Assembly: GCA_964597145.1 (NCBI GenBank)
Contig: CAZQWH010000001.1
Span: 166,441-230,440 of the forward strand
Origin: an uncultured Candidatus Saccharibacteria bacterium
GTDB taxonomy: Bacteria; Patescibacteriota; CAZHWT01
DNA: 64,000 bases
Reading direction: 5' to 3'
This document shows positions 18,148 through 28,205 of the stretch, in pieces. Under the pieces are notes generated by a model. The model was not told the origin of the DNA, made no database searches, and worked only from the letters and a program-made list of their open reading frames with translations. The position numbers and the translations under genes were made by a program. Positions within the stretch are counted from its first letter, which is position 1, and every line of letters begins with the position of its first letter.

Positions 18148-18615
18148 TTACTCAACAATCAAAGTGCCAGTCATGCCCATGTCTCGGTGCGGAATGCAAT
18201 AGAACTCAAAGTTGCCCGGTTCAGCAGCCACAAATTCAACAGTTTTCTGCTCACCAGCAGCTACATCCCCCGTATCGACATCAAATTCTGGCAAAGTAAA
18301 AGTGTGGGTGTCACCAACGCTAGAGAAAATGATTCGAACGACATCGCCACGGTTGACAGTAATGGTACGTGGCACAAAGGTCATATCCTCATTGGTTACT
18401 TCTATTTCCTTAACGATCCCCGAATCAGGTTGGTTGGCATCTTCAGACTCACTGCCCGATGGAGACGATTGTCGCTGGAGCTGAGTTGGAGTAGGGGTTG
18501 GGCTAGGAGTTTCAGTTCGATCATTTTGGTTAGCCGTGTACCAAATCCAACCAACCACAGCGGCAATAAGGACAATAATCACGATTGAGATAACTATTCG
18601 ACTGGTAGAATTCAT
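18148..18615 (-). CDS. Membrane-anchored cupredoxin (type-1 copper) domain protein
   Basis: N-terminal TM helix. C-terminal ...FYCIPHRDMGMTGTLIVE carries the Cys-x2-His-x4-Met copper ligand pattern, with a conserved His about 40 residues upstream. Confidence 0.6.
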   Translation of the reverse strand: MNSTSRIVISIVIIVLIAAVVGWIWYTANQNDRTETPSPTPTPTQLQRQSSPSGSESEDANQPDSGIVKEIEVTNEDMTFVPRTITVNRGDVVRIIFSSVGDTHTFTLPEFDVDTGDVAAGEQKTVEFVAAEPGNFEFYCIPHRDMGMTGTLIVE

Positions 18616-18726
18616 AGAGTATAGCTTAATACGATTGCCGCAGGTGAGGCAAGGAGCAAGCGAAATGAGGACTCTAAGTCATGCTTACTTGATTTCTATC
18701 GACAAAGAGAGTAAACTACCTGCTTC

Positions 18727-19656
18727 ATGCATAAAAAACCGGTGCTTATAACTGGATATGTCAACCCTGATTTAGATGCCTACGCTTGTGCGGTGGGGTA
18801 TGCCGAGCTATGGCAAAAAATGGGTCGAGAGGCAGTTGGCGGCTGTTATGGCGAACCACTCGATGAAGTGAAATACGTATTGAGCTTGGTGGGAGAATCA
18901 CAAGTCCTCGATTATGCTGTAGAAAATTATTCTGCCTATATTGTGGTAGATACCTCCGATCCCTACCATCTGCCAGCTGGTTTACCCACTAGTCAGGTAG
19001 AAGAAGTGGTCGACCACCACTTGTACAATGATCTAACGCTCTTTCCCAATGCTCGCCTAGATATTCAAGCAGTCGGAGCTGCCGCCACCTTGATTGTAGA
19101 GCGATTTCAAAATCATGGCCACCAGCCAAGCCGGTCCACAGCTGCACTATTATATGGCGCCATTATTTCAAATACCTTAAATTTTCAGGCTAAGGTTAGC
19201 ACAGAGCGGGATAGCAAGGCTGCCCAATGGTTGTTGCCCTTGGCTGAGTTACCCCAAGACTTTATTCACTCCTTGTTCACGGTCAAATCTAATGTGGCTG
19301 GGGATCGGTTATTAGAATTGCTGCGACTCGATATGAGCGGCAGTGAAACGGATGGCAAGATATATACCATTGGCCAATTAGAAATGGTTGGCGTGCCTGA
19401 ATTATTGAGCACCCGGGTGGCCGAATTACAGCAGTTTATGGCCGAGTTACACGATGCCCAGCATGCCTATGTCACTTTCTTATCGTTAAGTGATGTGGAA
19501 TTAGGGAAAACTTATTTTATAACACCTCTACCCGAAACGCGTCAGATCCTAGAATCTACTTTGCATATTCAATTTAAAAATGGAATAGGCGAATACCCAG
19601 AGCTGATATTGCGCAAGGAATACGTACCCATAGTCAAGCAATTCGCCACAACCTAA
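18727..19656 (+). CDS. DHH-family phosphoesterase (PpaC/NrnA-like, DHH + DHHA-type C-terminal domain)
   Basis: VLITGYVNPDLDAYACAVGY (motif I/II) and VVDHH (motif III). No clear GGGH motif, so sub-family is uncertain. Confidence 0.55.
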   Translation: MHKKPVLITGYVNPDLDAYACAVGYAELWQKMGREAVGGCYGEPLDEVKYVLSLVGESQVLDYAVENYSAYIVVDTSDPYHLPAGLPTSQVEEVVDHHLYNDLTLFPNARLDIQAVGAAATLIVERFQNHGHQPSRSTAALLYGAIISNTLNFQAKVSTERDSKAAQWLLPLAELPQDFIHSLFTVKSNVAGDRLLELLRLDMSGSETDGKIYTIGQLEMVGVPELLSTRVAELQQFMAELHDAQHAYVTFLSLSDVELGKTYFITPLPETRQILESTLHIQFKNGIGEYPELILRKEYVPIVKQFATT

Positions 19657-19692
19657 GTCAGTAGCTGGCAATCTAACCATTAGTTTAAAGAG

Positions 19693-20514
19693 TTAGTCTA
19701 TCTTATTTGTCTTAGAGTTAGGCTCAATCCGCTGGTCGAGGCGCTCAATGTGGGTTGCATTACCGTTAGTGTCGGTTTGGATCAGGACCGAACGAAAGTC
19801 AACCGGCCCTTCCTCCTCAGTTTCAAAACGATGGGGAGTCTGATGCATTTGAATCGAAATAATAGTTTCTGTCTTAACCCCCAACACGCTATTAAAGGGG
19901 CCAGTCATGCCAATATCAGTAACATAGGCGGTGCCTTGGTTAAGCAAAGTGGCGTCGGCTGTTGGAATGTGGGTGTGGGTGCCAACCACAGCTGAAACCC
20001 GACCATCTAGGTACCAGCCCAGGGCAACTTTTTCAGAAGTTGCTTCAGCATGAACGTCAACTAAAACTGCTTGATATTCATCTCGTGGATGCTGTTCCAA
20101 CAGCGCGTCAACACAGCGGAACGGATCGTCGGTTAAGTCACGCATAAAAACCCGACCTTGAAGATTAAGCAACAAAATTTTACCCTTCGCCCCTAAGTCA
20201 ACCTCTAGCCACCCCTTACCCTTAGCTCCACTTGGATAGTTAGCTGGTCGTGTACCCGGAACAGAGCCTTCATCGAGAGCATCAATAAAATCGGGGAACT
20301 TCCAAACATGGTCGCCATTAGTAAACGCATCTACCCCGGCTTGCATCATCAACTCAATACCATGCACCGAAGCGCCACGACCCTTGGAGGACAAATTATC
20401 GGCATTGGCAATAACCGCGTCGATATGTTTATCCTGCTTAATTTGTGGTAGTAATTTCATTACCGCTTTCCGACCAGGATTACCAACAATATCACCAATA
20501 TATAAAATATTCAT
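19693..20514 (-). CDS. ymdB: YmdB-family metallophosphoesterase (TIGR00282; 2',3'-cyclic nucleotide phosphodiesterase-like)
   Basis: MNILYIGDIVGNPGRKAVMKLLPQIKQDKHIDAVIANADN...GDHVW is a canonical YmdB N-terminus. Same strand as rny. Confidence 0.8.
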   Translation of the reverse strand: MNILYIGDIVGNPGRKAVMKLLPQIKQDKHIDAVIANADNLSSKGRGASVHGIELMMQAGVDAFTNGDHVWKFPDFIDALDEGSVPGTRPANYPSGAKGKGWLEVDLGAKGKILLLNLQGRVFMRDLTDDPFRCVDALLEQHPRDEYQAVLVDVHAEATSEKVALGWYLDGRVSAVVGTHTHIPTADATLLNQGTAYVTDIGMTGPFNSVLGVKTETIISIQMHQTPHRFETEEEGPVDFRSVLIQTDTNGNATHIERLDQRIEPNSKTNKID

Positions 20515-20563
20515 TCGTAAATCTCCGTAATTTTCCTGCTAAAAATAATATCCTGTATCTATA

Positions 20564-21193
20564 CTACATTACCGTAACCTGCGCAAGGTGTGGTGGCTCG
20601 AGTGTCAAAGATAAAGAGTCGGGAAGGGTGGGCAACTGGTCAACCTCAATCGGAATCCGGCCAAGCGTTATGTGCGGGTTAAACACCCTCGGGGGAGCGT
20701 GGTGTAAATTGCGGCTCTTTTCTATAAAGCTAATTGGCTCATTTGTAAGATGTTTGGCTAAATTATGGGTCACGATAGTAAATATCTCTCGATGTATTTG
20801 GTCAATAGACTCATTACGAATTATACTCAAGGCTACTGCCGGGCTCCTAGCGCTGCCGTAGAGATTAAGATGCTCTGCTTCAACCCCAATTTCATCCTCG
20901 ATGCTCTGGGTGAAAGAATAAAGGTCTTGTAATAACTCAGTAAACAGTCCCATAAATGAGTCATAAGTAAGCTCAGGGTTAACGCGACGGTACTCAAAAT
21001 AAAGATCTTGAGGAATACCAAGATGAATAAGCGTCAAATGAAGGTAATCTGAATCTTTAGCCCTAAAATCTGGTACTGTATCCTGAATAATCCTCTGAAC
21101 TTCTAGTAATGCTCCTAACTCCTTTGGCTTTTGTTCCACCGTCACCCTCAAATGGCGGCCGTTAGCCTTGCGATTTACCCTCAACTGCATCAT
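20564..21193 (-). CDS. 2H phosphoesterase superfamily protein (LigT/CPDase-like)
   Basis: Two H-x-T-x motifs, HLTL (LHLTLIHLG) and HITL (PHITLGRIP), spaced about 110 residues apart. Confidence 0.55.
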   Translation of the reverse strand: MMQLRVNRKANGRHLRVTVEQKPKELGALLEVQRIIQDTVPDFRAKDSDYLHLTLIHLGIPQDLYFEYRRVNPELTYDSFMGLFTELLQDLYSFTQSIEDEIGVEAEHLNLYGSARSPAVALSIIRNESIDQIHREIFTIVTHNLAKHLTNEPISFIEKSRNLHHAPPRVFNPHITLGRIPIEVDQLPTLPDSLSLTLEPPHLAQVTVM

Positions 21194-21726
21194 AAGTGCT
21201 TGTTAATTTGCTGCAGGTACGCTTTAAATTCATCCATATTTGTTACCTTATGCTCCAAGACCGCCGTATATAAGTCTAAACTGCTAACACCACGGTGATA
21301 CCTGTCACTGGCTGCTAAGATTTGTTTTAGCTCAAGAATGATAGACTTATTTTCGTCAGTGATTTTGGAGGCTATCCGATCGAGCAGGTTGCGACGCTTG
21401 GTGGCTTCATCGCCTTCTATCAGCCAAATATCCACCTGCCACTTAAGGTCGTGGTGGGTTATATCTGGGCCCAGATAAATACCCTGCGGCATAGTAGGCT
21501 GACCGAGATGGTTAGCAATGGTGACTCGAGCCACTTGAGGCAAATCAAGCAGCTGGGCAAGAATAGGTAGCGTCGCGGTGTTAGTCGGCCTATCCTTGGT
21601 GACAACTTCGATATCAATATCAGGCCAGACCATTAACCCCATCTTGGCACTGCCAGTTAAGCTAGGCCGACCAACAGGACTCAATATTTGAAACAGCTTA
21701 AGCTCGGCCAAGAGCTGTTGGACCAA
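21190..21726 (-). CDS. GrpB/UPF0157-like nucleotidyltransferase-fold protein
   Basis: GSAKMGLMVWPDIDIEVV fits the GrpB GS...KP-IDI-V signature. 4 bp ATGA overlap with the 2H gene. Confidence 0.45.
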   Translation of the reverse strand: MVQQLLAELKLFQILSPVGRPSLTGSAKMGLMVWPDIDIEVVTKDRPTNTATLPILAQLLDLPQVARVTIANHLGQPTMPQGIYLGPDITHHDLKWQVDIWLIEGDEATKRRNLLDRIASKITDENKSIILELKQILAASDRYHRGVSSLDLYTAVLEHKVTNMDEFKAYLQQINKHL

Positions 21727-21805
21727 CGACTGAAGCTCTATTTGGCGTTCAAATAATTGGGATCGGTTGAGCCCCAGGTTAGCCTGTTTTATGCACTACT
21801 CCTGG

Positions 21806-23323
21806 TTACTTGGCAATATCATGGGCTCTGGTTTCGCGAACAACCGTGACTTTTACTTGACCAGGATAGGTAACGGAATCATGAATTTTTTCCGCTACAT
21901 CATGGGCTAGAATTACCATCGCCGAATCATCAACATCTTCTGGCTTAACAATTACTCGAACCTCTCGGCCAGCCTGAATCGCATATACTTTATCTACACC
22001 GTGGAATCCAGAAGCTACATTCTCAATATCTTTGAGCCGTTTAATGTAATCTTCGACACTTTCATGGCGAGCACCTGGACGGGAGCCAGAAATCGCATCA
22101 GCAATGTAGCCAATCACCGACTCAACAGATGAAAATGGCTTATCTTCATGGTGTTCAGCAATAATATTGACCACCTCTTGCGGAAAGCCCATCTTTTCGG
22201 CAAACTTTACTCCAAGTTCTATATGAGTCCCTTCCTCGTCAGTAAATACTTTCCCAATATCATGCAATAATCCGCCTAAGCGCACCGTGTTAACATCGGC
22301 GCCAATTTCTCGAGCCAAAGCCATACCAATCTTAGTTTCTTCTAGGGTATGAGTCAGCATATTTTGGCCATAGGAGAAGCGGTATTTGAACTTACCTAAA
22401 GCATCAACTACTTCACGCGGCAAGTTATAGGCTCCCACGTCATGCGCTAGTTTCTCTCCAGCATCACGCATAATTTTATCAACTTCTTTAGTCTTTTTAG
22501 CAACCACTTCTTCAATTCGCGTCGGTTGGATCCGCCCATCCTTAAGTAATTCTTCTAAAGAAAGGCGAGCAATTTCGCGCCGAACACCATCAAAACTTGA
22601 AAGGCGGATAATTCCCGGAGACTCATCCACATCAACGTCAACCCCTGTAGCCATTTCAAACGCTTTAATGTTACGGCCCTCTTTGCCAATAATCCGACCC
22701 TTTGCATCCTCATCGGGGAGTTTAACCACCGAAGTAGTATGTTCGCTAACATAGTCAGTTGCGCCATGCTTCATCGCGTCAACCAGCAATCTCTGGGCCT
22801 TTTCTTCTACCGAATCTTTAATTGACTGCTCAGATTCCTTAATTCTCCGGGCTTTCTCATCCTTTAGCTTGGCATTCATTGCCTCCATAATGATTTTCTT
22901 AGCTTCATCCCGACTCATTTTAGCCGCCCGCTCCAACTTAGAGAGCTGTTCAACTTTAATTTCTTCTAACTCCTTCAGACGAGCGTTAACTTCTTCGAAT
23001 TGAGCATCTAACTCAGTATCTTTTTTATCAACGTCGGCTAATTTTTTATCAAGCGATTCCTCTCGCCGTTGAACTTTGCGCTCAAATTCAAGCGCTTCTT
23101 GGTGGTGTTGACGAGCTAAATCCTCAGCCTCATGCTTAATTTTAAGGGCCTGATCTTTAGCTTCAAGTATGATTTCACGGGCTTTGGCCTCGGCCTCAGA
23201 TATGCCGCCAACTGTATTTACCTCAGTAGTAGGTTGCTTGCTAGTTTGTCGGGTATAGAGATAATAGGCGGCCAAAATGAGAGCTCCTGCCGCCAGCAGG
23301 ATATAGAATAAATCTTGTGACAT
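21806..23323 (-). CDS. rny: Ribonuclease Y
   Basis: N-terminal TM helix, a coiled-coil region, KH domain (GRIIGKEGRNIKAFE) and HD domain (LLHDIGK). Confidence 0.95.
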   Translation of the reverse strand: MSQDLFYILLAAGALILAAYYLYTRQTSKQPTTEVNTVGGISEAEAKAREIILEAKDQALKIKHEAEDLARQHHQEALEFERKVQRREESLDKKLADVDKKDTELDAQFEEVNARLKELEEIKVEQLSKLERAAKMSRDEAKKIIMEAMNAKLKDEKARRIKESEQSIKDSVEEKAQRLLVDAMKHGATDYVSEHTTSVVKLPDEDAKGRIIGKEGRNIKAFEMATGVDVDVDESPGIIRLSSFDGVRREIARLSLEELLKDGRIQPTRIEEVVAKKTKEVDKIMRDAGEKLAHDVGAYNLPREVVDALGKFKYRFSYGQNMLTHTLEETKIGMALAREIGADVNTVRLGGLLHDIGKVFTDEEGTHIELGVKFAEKMGFPQEVVNIIAEHHEDKPFSSVESVIGYIADAISGSRPGARHESVEDYIKRLKDIENVASGFHGVDKVYAIQAGREVRVIVKPEDVDDSAMVILAHDVAEKIHDSVTYPGQVKVTVVRETRAHDIAK

Positions 23324-23403
23324 GTTATGCGTCCTTGTCTGTTCATGATGAATATTTTACCAGAGTCGGGCAGCCTATCCAAGTCAATGCTAAACGGGGG
23401 GCG

Positions 23404-24138
23404 CTAAAGTCGCTTCGAGTTATCATCCTGGAGTAACTCTTGAGTAACTTGGTTAATAACATCCCAATCAAAGCCCCTTCCGGCCAGGTAACGCGATAAT
23501 TTTTGTTTCTGTTCATAATTTGAGAGTTGATTATGCTTTTTGAGGTACTTAGTCGCCAGCTGGGTAGCAGCTTCGGCTTCATTAAATTCCGTCAACTCAC
23601 TGCTAAAGTGCCCTTCCTCGCGCGGGGTCATTAAGGCGGCTTCAATGTCGGCAGTAGAAACACCCTTGGCTTTGAGTTCTAATAGGAGCAGTCGCTTGCC
23701 ACGAGGACGAAATCGCTGCCGATTGGTAATCCACCATCGAGCGAAGGCAACATCATCAATATACCCTGCCTCAGTTAGTCGAGCCATAACCTGCTCAATG
23801 CTGGTCTGTTGTTCGGCAATAAAGCGCAGTCGAGAATCCGATTGGGAGTTATGTGTATAATCGGGGTGTTTATAAATCAGCTTCTGGCGCAAATACTGTA
23901 AAATTTCCCGGCTCGATCGAGGTCTAACCGACAGGAAATTTAGTGACTTATCATAAGCTTGGCGAAAGGCATCGGCCGCCTTAAGCTCGGCAACTTGTGA
24001 TTCGGTAACTTCTTGGTTTTTTTGTAAACGATGTTGAAGAAGAACTTCAATATGTAAGCCAAAAGCAAACTGGCCATCCACATAAATATTTACCCGGTCG
24101 CCATTTTTTTGTTGTGTGGCAATGTCGGTGATCTTCAT
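23404..24138 (-). CDS. recX: Regulatory protein RecX
   Basis: Three-repeat helical protein, 244 aa, immediately upstream of rny in the same orientation. The N-terminal pattern ...VNIYVDGQFAFGLHIEVL... is RecX-like. Confidence 0.6.
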   Translation of the reverse strand: MKITDIATQQKNGDRVNIYVDGQFAFGLHIEVLLQHRLQKNQEVTESQVAELKAADAFRQAYDKSLNFLSVRPRSSREILQYLRQKLIYKHPDYTHNSQSDSRLRFIAEQQTSIEQVMARLTEAGYIDDVAFARWWITNRQRFRPRGKRLLLLELKAKGVSTADIEAALMTPREEGHFSSELTEFNEAEAATQLATKYLKKHNQLSNYEQKQKLSRYLAGRGFDWDVINQVTQELLQDDNSKRL

Positions 24139-24311
24139 AGTAAAACGTATTATACTCTCTCACAGAAGACAGCAAATTCTTAAGCAATTTTCAGGCAAGC
24201 GTTCTGAAGTAATGTTATCCACATGAAAAATTGAGTAAGAAATTTATCCGAGTAAATTTGAGTGTAACGTTGTTACAGTTTTAACGCCATTGGTTTGGAA
24301 TTGCAATCAAA

Positions 24312-24857
24312 TTGGGATTAGGTCAATATAGGTGCATAACTAATTTGTCTATGCCTTTTGCCTCTGCCCTGGCTCAAATTTCTCCAAACTCATCTTCTAT
24401 AACATCTACTAGCTGTCAACTATTACGCCCCGGCCAAAGGTTCGAATTAGTATCACTCACCATCCACCAAGATTCCACCGATGCGGTCTTCTTTGCCCGT
24501 CAAGACTGTTTAATTACAAGTCGTTTCCCTGGGTTTGAGACTCAATTATTAGAACTATTGCCGCACTTGCTCGATAATGTAAAGTGCTTTAACGGCCACA
24601 ATCACCATTTTGCCACCGAAATGCTAGCCACCGAAATGGGTCACCTATTTGAGCATATTTGGTTAGAAGTACTTTGCACGGAAAAGTTGAAGCACTCGCC
24701 CAAAGCTCATTATGCCGGGGAAACCAGTTGGAATTGGCGTCAAGATCCGCGGGGCATGTTCCATATTCACTTAAATGCCGGCATTGAAGACCGGGAGTTT
24801 ATTGAGCGCTCAGCAATAATGAGCAAGGTCATTTTAGACAAAGTTTTATCTCGGTAA
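24312..24857 (+). CDS. Hypothetical His-rich protein
   Basis: 181-codon ORF with a His cluster (GHNHHF...GHLFEH). Start is uncertain. Confidence 0.3.
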   Translation: MGLGQYRCITNLSMPFASALAQISPNSSSITSTSCQLLRPGQRFELVSLTIHQDSTDAVFFARQDCLITSRFPGFETQLLELLPHLLDNVKCFNGHNHHFATEMLATEMGHLFEHIWLEVLCTEKLKHSPKAHYAGETSWNWRQDPRGMFHIHLNAGIEDREFIERSAIMSKVILDKVLSR

Positions 24858-24995
24858 TTCCCTCCATAAAACCTATATCTGCAATAGCTGCTTAGTTTTT
24901 GCCTTGACAGTGGTAAATAATAGATGTTAGTCTGGAGTTAATCTATTATTATTCTTGTAGACTGCCCCTCTATATTAAGGGAGGTGAATTTTTCC

Positions 24996-25268
24996 GTGAC
25001 TAAGTCAGAATTAATCGAAATAGTAGCCAAGCAGGCTAAATTAACCAAGAAAGCTTCTAAGGAAGCGATTGAGGCCATGACGACTACCATTGAAAAATCG
25101 TTAGCCAAAGGCGACAAGGTGACCGTAACTGGTTTTGGTACATTTGTGGTTCGTAAGCGTGCTAGCCGCAAAGGCCGCAATCCCCAGACTGGTGAGTCTA
25201 TGCAGATCCCAGCTACCAAAACTCCAGCCTTTATTGCTGGTACCAGCATGAAGAATCGGGTTAAGTAA
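24996..25268 (+). CDS. hup: DNA-binding protein HU
   Basis: GTG at 24996, 8 nt after AAGGGAGGTGA. VTKSELIEIVAKQAKLTKK...GFGTFVVRKRASRKGRNPQTGESMQIPA is canonical HU. Confidence 0.9.
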   Translation: MTKSELIEIVAKQAKLTKKASKEAIEAMTTTIEKSLAKGDKVTVTGFGTFVVRKRASRKGRNPQTGESMQIPATKTPAFIAGTSMKNRVK

Positions 25269-25293
25269 CAGATTATTTGGAATGTAGATGTGT

Positions 25294-25322
25294 AAAGCAG
25301 AGCAGGAAGCTGCTCTGCTTTT
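25294..25322 (+). terminator. Rho-independent terminator after hup (AAAGCAGAGCAG-gaag-CTGCTCTGCTTT-TGTGT)
   Basis: 12 bp stem plus a T-rich tail. A second hairpin at 25343-25373 probably terminates the convergent MazG-like gene. Confidence 0.6.
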
Positions 25323-25379
25323 GTGTATACAGACATCTCTAATCCCTCTACTAACTAAGCAAGTAGAGAGGGGACAGTT

Positions 25380-25715
25380 CTACCCACTGGGCTTCTCCAG
25401 AACGCCTTGGCGTCGAAGATTAATTTTGGCTCGGTTCTGCTGCAGCCGGTCGGTGAAGGCTCGCTCTAAGTCGACACCATGAGCCAGGGCTAATCCGGCA
25501 GCGTAGTAAAGCAAGTCGGGGATAACCTGGGTTTCAATCACATCGGTGGATGGCTCTAGGCCATGTTCCCGCGGCTCCACAACGTTGCCCATTTTCCCCA
25601 TAAGCTTGGCCAAGTGTTCCAAAATATGACGGGTGTAGCTCGGTTCATCTTTAGCAGCGTGCCAGTAGGCATCTTCATGTTCTTGCACCATTTGCAAGAT
25701 TTGTTCGATCGTCAT
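25380..25715 (-). CDS. MazG-like nucleotide pyrophosphohydrolase (all-alpha NTP-PPase)
   Basis: ATG at 25715 preceded by AGGAGG. EHLAKLMGKMGNVVEPREHG...DLLYYAAGLALAHGVDLERAF matches the MazG EEXXE/D helical pair. Confidence 0.55.
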   Translation of the reverse strand: MTIEQILQMVQEHEDAYWHAAKDEPSYTRHILEHLAKLMGKMGNVVEPREHGLEPSTDVIETQVIPDLLYYAAGLALAHGVDLERAFTDRLQQNRAKINLRRQGVLEKPSG

Positions 25716-25819
25716 TAGCCACCCTCCTTGCTTGTAAATCGATCGTGCCAGCATTATAGCATTGTCTTTCTCTAAGGGATAAATAAAGAGCCGGAGTAAT
25801 CAGTGCTATAATCGGGCCG

Positions 25820-26815
25820 ATGAAAAAATTATTAGCTATAGTTGGGCCAACCGGAATAGGTAAAACTGCTTTGGCAATTGAAATGGCCCAAAAATATAAT
25901 GGCGAGCTAATCTCGGCGGATAGCCGCCAAATTTATATTGGCATGGATATTGCTACAGGCAAAGAAGTTGCAGCAGGTCAATGGCAACAACGGCGAGGTC
26001 AAAAAGCCCTGGTTATTGCTGATGTGCCGATTTTTGGTCTAGACTTGGTTCAACCAGATCAAGAGTTTTCGGTATTCGACTGGATGCAATTAGTGCGATC
26101 AGTTATTGATAAAATCCTGTCAGATGGAAAACGGCCAATTATAGTAGGCGGGACTGGCTTCTACCTCCAGGCATTACAAGGCAAAATTGCTACCTTGCAG
26201 GTACAGATTAACCACGAGCTGCGGCACAATTTAAACCAACTGTCAGTCGAAGGGTTGCAAGAAAAATTGCAACAAATTGATGCGGTTAAGTGGAAATCCC
26301 TCAATAGCCCAGATCAGAGTAACCCCAGAAGGCTAATCCGAGCAATAGAAGTTGCCTTGCAGTCTACGACTGCAGAATACAAAGGGCTGGATGTGGATAG
26401 CGGATTGGGACAAAAGTCACAAAGTTGGAAAGACGGCTCCCCATCCTCTACTCCCCACTCCTTCCACATGCTAGGTTTAACCATGGAGCGAGATATATTG
26501 TATGCCAAAGTAGATGCCCGGATAGAGCAAATGTTTGCCCAAGGGCTAATCGAGGAGACGCGGCACTTAGTAGCTAAATATAGTCGACAGCTGCCAGCCA
26601 TGAGCGGAATAGGTTACGCTGAATCAGCTGCATACTTAGCGGGTGAGACGTCTCTAGAAAAAGCAATCCAAGAAGTAAAATGGCGCACCCATGCCTACAT
26701 TCGACGACAATACACCTGGTTTCGCAAGCAAGAAGTGCAGTGGGTAGATGTTGGCCAACCCAGTTGGCACAAGGCGCTTCAGGCTATAATTAAATCAGTT
26801 GGCACAAGGCAATAA
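25820..26815 (+). CDS. miaA: tRNA dimethylallyltransferase
   Basis: MKKLLAIVGPTGIGKTALAIEMAQKYNGELISADSRQIYIGMDIATGK is the MiaA P-loop. ATG lies 7 nt after GTGCTATAAT. Confidence 0.9.
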   Translation: MKKLLAIVGPTGIGKTALAIEMAQKYNGELISADSRQIYIGMDIATGKEVAAGQWQQRRGQKALVIADVPIFGLDLVQPDQEFSVFDWMQLVRSVIDKILSDGKRPIIVGGTGFYLQALQGKIATLQVQINHELRHNLNQLSVEGLQEKLQQIDAVKWKSLNSPDQSNPRRLIRAIEVALQSTTAEYKGLDVDSGLGQKSQSWKDGSPSSTPHSFHMLGLTMERDILYAKVDARIEQMFAQGLIEETRHLVAKYSRQLPAMSGIGYAESAAYLAGETSLEKAIQEVKWRTHAYIRRQYTWFRKQEVQWVDVGQPSWHKALQAIIKSVGTRQ

Positions 26816-26861
26816 TCAGACTTGCATAGCCAGTAATTCATCTGTGATACAATAAGCGCAT

Positions 26862-27902
26862 ATGGACAAGCAGACAGTTAGAATTGAATTTAGCATTTCA
26901 TCATTGTTGATGGTTATTGCGGTTGCAGCCGGATTAGTTTTGGCTTTCTTGCTGCGTAATATTATTTTGTCGGTCTTCATTGCCTTTATTTTAGCGGCCG
27001 CAATTGAGCCCCTACTAAAGTTTCTCCAACGGTACAAACTACCCAAAAGCTTATCGCTAGCAATTACCTATGCCCTGGCTCTGGCAATTCTGGCCTTAAT
27101 GGGGTTTATCGTCTTTCCGCCGTTATTGCATCAAGTTGAGCTCTTTATCCGAAATCTCCCCGATCTAACTGGGCGGGCGGTCCAAGTCGTAGCTGGAAGT
27201 GGCGTAGATGAATCGGAAATTCAGCAGTACACTCAACGTGTGCTAGATTTTGTCTTTGGTCGAGCTGAACAAATTTCAAACAGCGTACTGCAGGTGGGAC
27301 TTGGGGTGCTAACGGGAGTAGCTTCAGTTGTAACCATTGTGGTCATCAGCTTTTACATAGTGGCTCAAAAGTCCGAACTATATGACGGCTTAGTGTACTT
27401 AATGCCTAAAAAGACCTACGATCAGGTTCGACTCATTTTGCCCAAGGTTGAGCGTAAGCTGGGCTTATGGCTGCGTGGCCAGCTATTACTCGGCTTGCTC
27501 ATTGGTGTTTTGACTTGGCTGGGATTAACTATTTTACAAATTGATTATGCGCTACCACTAGCAATTATTGCCGGAGTGTTAGAGCTCGTACCACTGGTTG
27601 GGCCAATAATTTCAGCCATTCCATCAATTATCATCGGGCTAACCATTAGCCCGGCCATGGCCATCGCGGTAACCATGCTCTATATTGTGGTCCAACAGTT
27701 AGAGTCAAATTTAATCGTGCCCAAAGTCATGGAACGAGCGGTAGGCTTAAATCCATTGTTAATCATTATTGCATTATTGGCAGGTGGATCGTTAATGGGG
27801 ATTATGGGAGCCATTATTGCCGTGCCAGTTGCAGTCGTAGTTTCAGCTGTGTTGGAGGAAATAAGGTCGGGAGTAGCTTCTAACGCACGACCGAAAGAGT
27901 AA
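26862..27902 (+). CDS. AI-2E family (UPF0118/PerM-like) transporter
   Basis: 346 aa, about 8 TM helices. Conserved central pattern ...LRGQLLLGLLIGVLTWLGL... and C-terminal ...IAVPVAVVVSAV... Confidence 0.6.
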   Translation: MDKQTVRIEFSISSLLMVIAVAAGLVLAFLLRNIILSVFIAFILAAAIEPLLKFLQRYKLPKSLSLAITYALALAILALMGFIVFPPLLHQVELFIRNLPDLTGRAVQVVAGSGVDESEIQQYTQRVLDFVFGRAEQISNSVLQVGLGVLTGVASVVTIVVISFYIVAQKSELYDGLVYLMPKKTYDQVRLILPKVERKLGLWLRGQLLLGLLIGVLTWLGLTILQIDYALPLAIIAGVLELVPLVGPIISAIPSIIIGLTISPAMAIAVTMLYIVVQQLESNLIVPKVMERAVGLNPLLIIIALLAGGSLMGIMGAIIAVPVAVVVSAVLEEIRSGVASNARPKE

Positions 27903-27904
27903 GT

Positions 27905-28183
27905 ATGTCGCAAGCACGTAAAACCCGACAACAAAAAATTCAACAGTCACAACGCAAGCCAAAACCAGTGCGTTCAGAGCCAGTTAGTATTCCTACAACT
28001 GCAATATATACTCCAGAGAAAGCGATAAACCGCGAAGTGGCAGATACCCAACTATATGTTGTGGACGAGCTCAAGCGGATTGGCTGGATTACCATTATTT
28101 GTGCAGTAATTTTGCTGTTAGCCACGCTTTTTCTGGCCGATTTTACCTGGGTTCAAGCCGTCCGAGATTCACTACCATTTTAG
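27905..28183 (+). CDS. Small C-terminally membrane-anchored hypothetical protein
   Basis: Lys/Gln-rich N-terminus and one C-terminal TM helix. Starts 2 nt after the transporter stop. Confidence 0.35.
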   Translation: MSQARKTRQQKIQQSQRKPKPVRSEPVSIPTTAIYTPEKAINREVADTQLYVVDELKRIGWITIICAVILLLATLFLADFTWVQAVRDSLPF

Positions 28184-28205
28184 TAGTACACCGATCTGAT
28201 AATTC

